Source of the DNA: an uncultured Acidobacteriota bacterium
GTDB lineage: Bacteria > Acidobacteriota > Thermoanaerobaculia > Multivoradales > UBA5704
DNA: 64,000 bases
Direction: 5' to 3'
Assembly (NCBI GenBank): GCA_963700145.1
Contig: OY969474.1
Coordinates: forward strand, 4,576,001-4,640,000
Shown here: in pieces, positions 62,203-64,000 of the stretch
How the letters are laid out: every line of letters begins with the position of its first letter
Numbering within the stretch: position 1 is the stretch's first letter
Notes under the pieces: model-generated
What the model saw: the letters and a program-made list of their open reading frames with translations, nothing else
What the model was told of the DNA's origin: nothing
Database searches by the model: none
Position numbers and translations under genes: made by a program

Positions 62203-63006
62203 TCAGCGGCGCCGGAGCAGCTCGGAGAGGTGGCGGGCGATCCAGCGCTCGGCGCGGGTGTGGTCGGGGAAGAGGCGCTCGCGCCGCCGGAACTCGGGCG
62301 TGTGGACGAGGCGCCGGCCGCCGCGCTCGACCGGCGGCAGGGCGGCGTGCAGCAGCTCGTGGAAGACGATCGAAGCGACGACCCAGCGGGGGACGGTCGG
62401 CGCGTCGAGGACCGGGTGGATGCGGACCAGGCGGAGGTCGTGGTCGTAGCTGCCGAGCTGGAGGGTCGGGCGGCGGGAGCGCCGGCGGCGCCCGCGGCCG
62501 GCGCGGCCATCGGCGTCGAGCGGGTCGCACGACGCGGCGCCGCGCCCCCAGGTGACGTCCACCCCGAGCTCGCCGCCGAAGTACTGCCGGTCGAGCTCGG
62601 TGCAGAGCGGGCGGAGGTCGAGGGTGCGCCCCTCCGGGCGGAGCGGGGCGCGCGGGCGCGGCGCCGGGGCGTCCCCACGGTGCGCCGCGAAGTGCCGGCG
62701 GAAGACGGCGAGGGCCTCCCGCGCCCGCGGGCTGCGGCGGCCGGCCTTGACCCAGGCCGCGACGGCGGCGAGCGCCTCGTCGGGGGCGGCGGCGAAGCAG
62801 CGGTGGAGGCGGAGCGCGTAGCTCGGCAATTCGCCCGGCAGGCGCCGCACCGAGAGCATGCGGCTGCGGGCGTCGGTCAGGACCAGCGCGGCGAGGCGGC
62901 CGCGGAAGAGACGGTTCAGGACGGCGAACAGCTCGTCGAAGCTCCGCGCCGGCGCGGCGCTCGCGGCCGTGTCGAACAGCCCGAGCTGCCGCGGATCGGC
63001 GCTCAA
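62203..63006 (-). CDS. SprT/YgjP-like zinc metalloprotease-fold protein with N-terminal QLGLF motif
   Basis: L..QYFGG...VTWG, LGSYD...IHPVLD...IVFHELLH...HTPEFR. TTG start overlaps the ggt stop. Confidence 0.8.
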   Translation of the reverse strand: MSADPRQLGLFDTAASAAPARSFDELFAVLNRLFRGRLAALVLTDARSRMLSVRRLPGELPSYALRLHRCFAAAPDEALAAVAAWVKAGRRSPRAREALAVFRRHFAAHRGDAPAPRPRAPLRPEGRTLDLRPLCTELDRQYFGGELGVDVTWGRGAASCDPLDADGRAGRGRRRRSRRPTLQLGSYDHDLRLVRIHPVLDAPTVPRWVVASIVFHELLHAALPPVERGGRRLVHTPEFRRRERLFPDHTRAERWIARHLSELLRRR

Positions 63007-64000
63007 TAGCCTTCCGCCAGCCCTTCGCCGCGCGGGTCGGCGGCGCCGGTGAAGCGGAGCGGCCGGCCGCCGGCGCCGCGCTCGACGGTCAGCGCGTGGG
63101 CGTTGCCCAGCCGCGGCCGCGGCTCGACGCGATGGCCGCGGCGCGCCAGCTCCTCGCGCACCGCCAGCGGGATGCCCTCCTCGACGAGCAGCAGGTCGGG
63201 CTCGGCGAAGCTGACCCGCGGCGCGGCCAGGGCGCGGGCCACGTCCATGCCGAAGTCGAGGAGGTTCATCACCATCTGCGGCACGGTCTGGCCGATCGTG
63301 TGGCCGCCCGGGGTGCCGAGGGCGATCCAGGGGCGGCCGTCGCGCAGCACGAAGGTGGGGCAGTCGCCGGAGAGCTTGCGCCGGCCGGGGTGGGCGTCCA
63401 TCGGGTTGCCGGCCGGCTCGAAGGTGCAGTAGGCGAGGGAATTGTTGAGCCAGACGCCGGTGCCCGCCGGCATGATGCGGCTGCCGAAGAGGTTGCCGAG
63501 GGTCTGGGTGGCGGAGACGACGTTGCCGGCGGCGTCGGCGACGACGAAGTGCGTGGTGTGGGAGGCGGCGGCGCCCGCCGCCGCCTCGGGGTCGCCGCCC
63601 GGCGGCACGAACGGCTTGGCGCGCGCCGGGTCGATCCCCCGCGCCTGCTCCTCCCAGTAGGCCTCGGAGAGGAGGCGGGCGAGCGGCGGCGGGTCCACCT
63701 CCGGGTCGCCGGCATGGGCGAGGCGCACCCAGAAGCCGTGCTTCGTCGCCTCGGCGAAGCGGTGGAGGTGCTCGGCGCTGTTGTGCCCCAGGGCGGCGAC
63801 GTCGAAGCGGCTCATGATGCCGAGCCGCACCAGCATGTCGAAGCTGTTGGCCGGCGGCGAGGCGCTCACCACCTCGTGGCCGCGGTAGCGGATCGAGATC
63901 GGCTCCCACCACTCGGCGCGGTCGGCCTCGAGGTCGGCCAGGGCGAGGAAGCCGTCGGCCTCGCGCATCGCGCGGTCGATGGCCTGGGCGACGGCGCCGG
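63003..64000 (-). CDS. ggt: Gamma-glutamyltransferase family protein, 5' end outside window
   Basis: GFL..ADL, YRG, HTTHFVVAD (Thr nucleophile), GVWLNN, LGTPGG, GAADPR. Confidence 0.92.
   Translation of the reverse strand, partial: GAVAQAIDRAMREADGFLALADLEADRAEWWEPISIRYRGHEVVSASPPANSFDMLVRLGIMSRFDVAALGHNSAEHLHRFAEATKHGFWVRLAHAGDPEVDPPPLARLLSEAYWEEQARGIDPARAKPFVPPGGDPEAAAGAAASHTTHFVVADAAGNVVSATQTLGNLFGSRIMPAGTGVWLNNSLAYCTFEPAGNPMDAHPGRRKLSGDCPTFVLRDGRPWIALGTPGGHTIGQTVPQMVMNLLDFGMDVARALAAPRVSFAEPDLLLVEEGIPLAVREELARRGHRVEPRPRLGNAHALTVERGAGGRPLRFTGAADPRGEGLAEGY

Overview
Very GC-rich bacterial chromosomal window with about 60 genes. The gene style suggests Acidobacteriota, possibly Thermoanaerobaculia (inference only). 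Several conserved genes (icd, a sigma-54 regulator, an MMPL transporter, an acyltransferase) carry single-base frameshifts that look like long-read errors. In order, the window holds: the tail of an aryl-polyene/flexirubin-like type II PKS/FAS cluster (KS, CLF-like KS, GT2, FabG, MMPL, acyltransferase, fused dehydratase, halogenase-like flavoprotein); apaH followed by a ~4.2 kb insert bracketed by a diverged duplicate of the apaH 3' end and encoding a TIR-pentapeptide-WD40 protein plus a stand-alone TIR; TCA and nucleotide housekeeping genes (icd, mdh, sucCD, ndk, cdd, udk, queD); an NtrYX-like two-component locus; two VapBC-type modules; a 21-bp hairpin tandem array bounded by inverted repeats; an egtD plus betaine/ergothioneine-type ABC operon; a membrane Ser/Thr kinase preceded by a small, possibly histone-fold protein; DNA-repair genes (UDG, Fpg/Nei, Lhr, 5'-3' exonuclease, and a SprT-like protease with a clamp-binding motif); and two amino-acid permeases. 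The best novelty candidates are the dual-TIR island, the histone-fold-like protein/kinase pair, the clamp-motif SprT/flap-nuclease pair and the IR-bounded 21-bp array.
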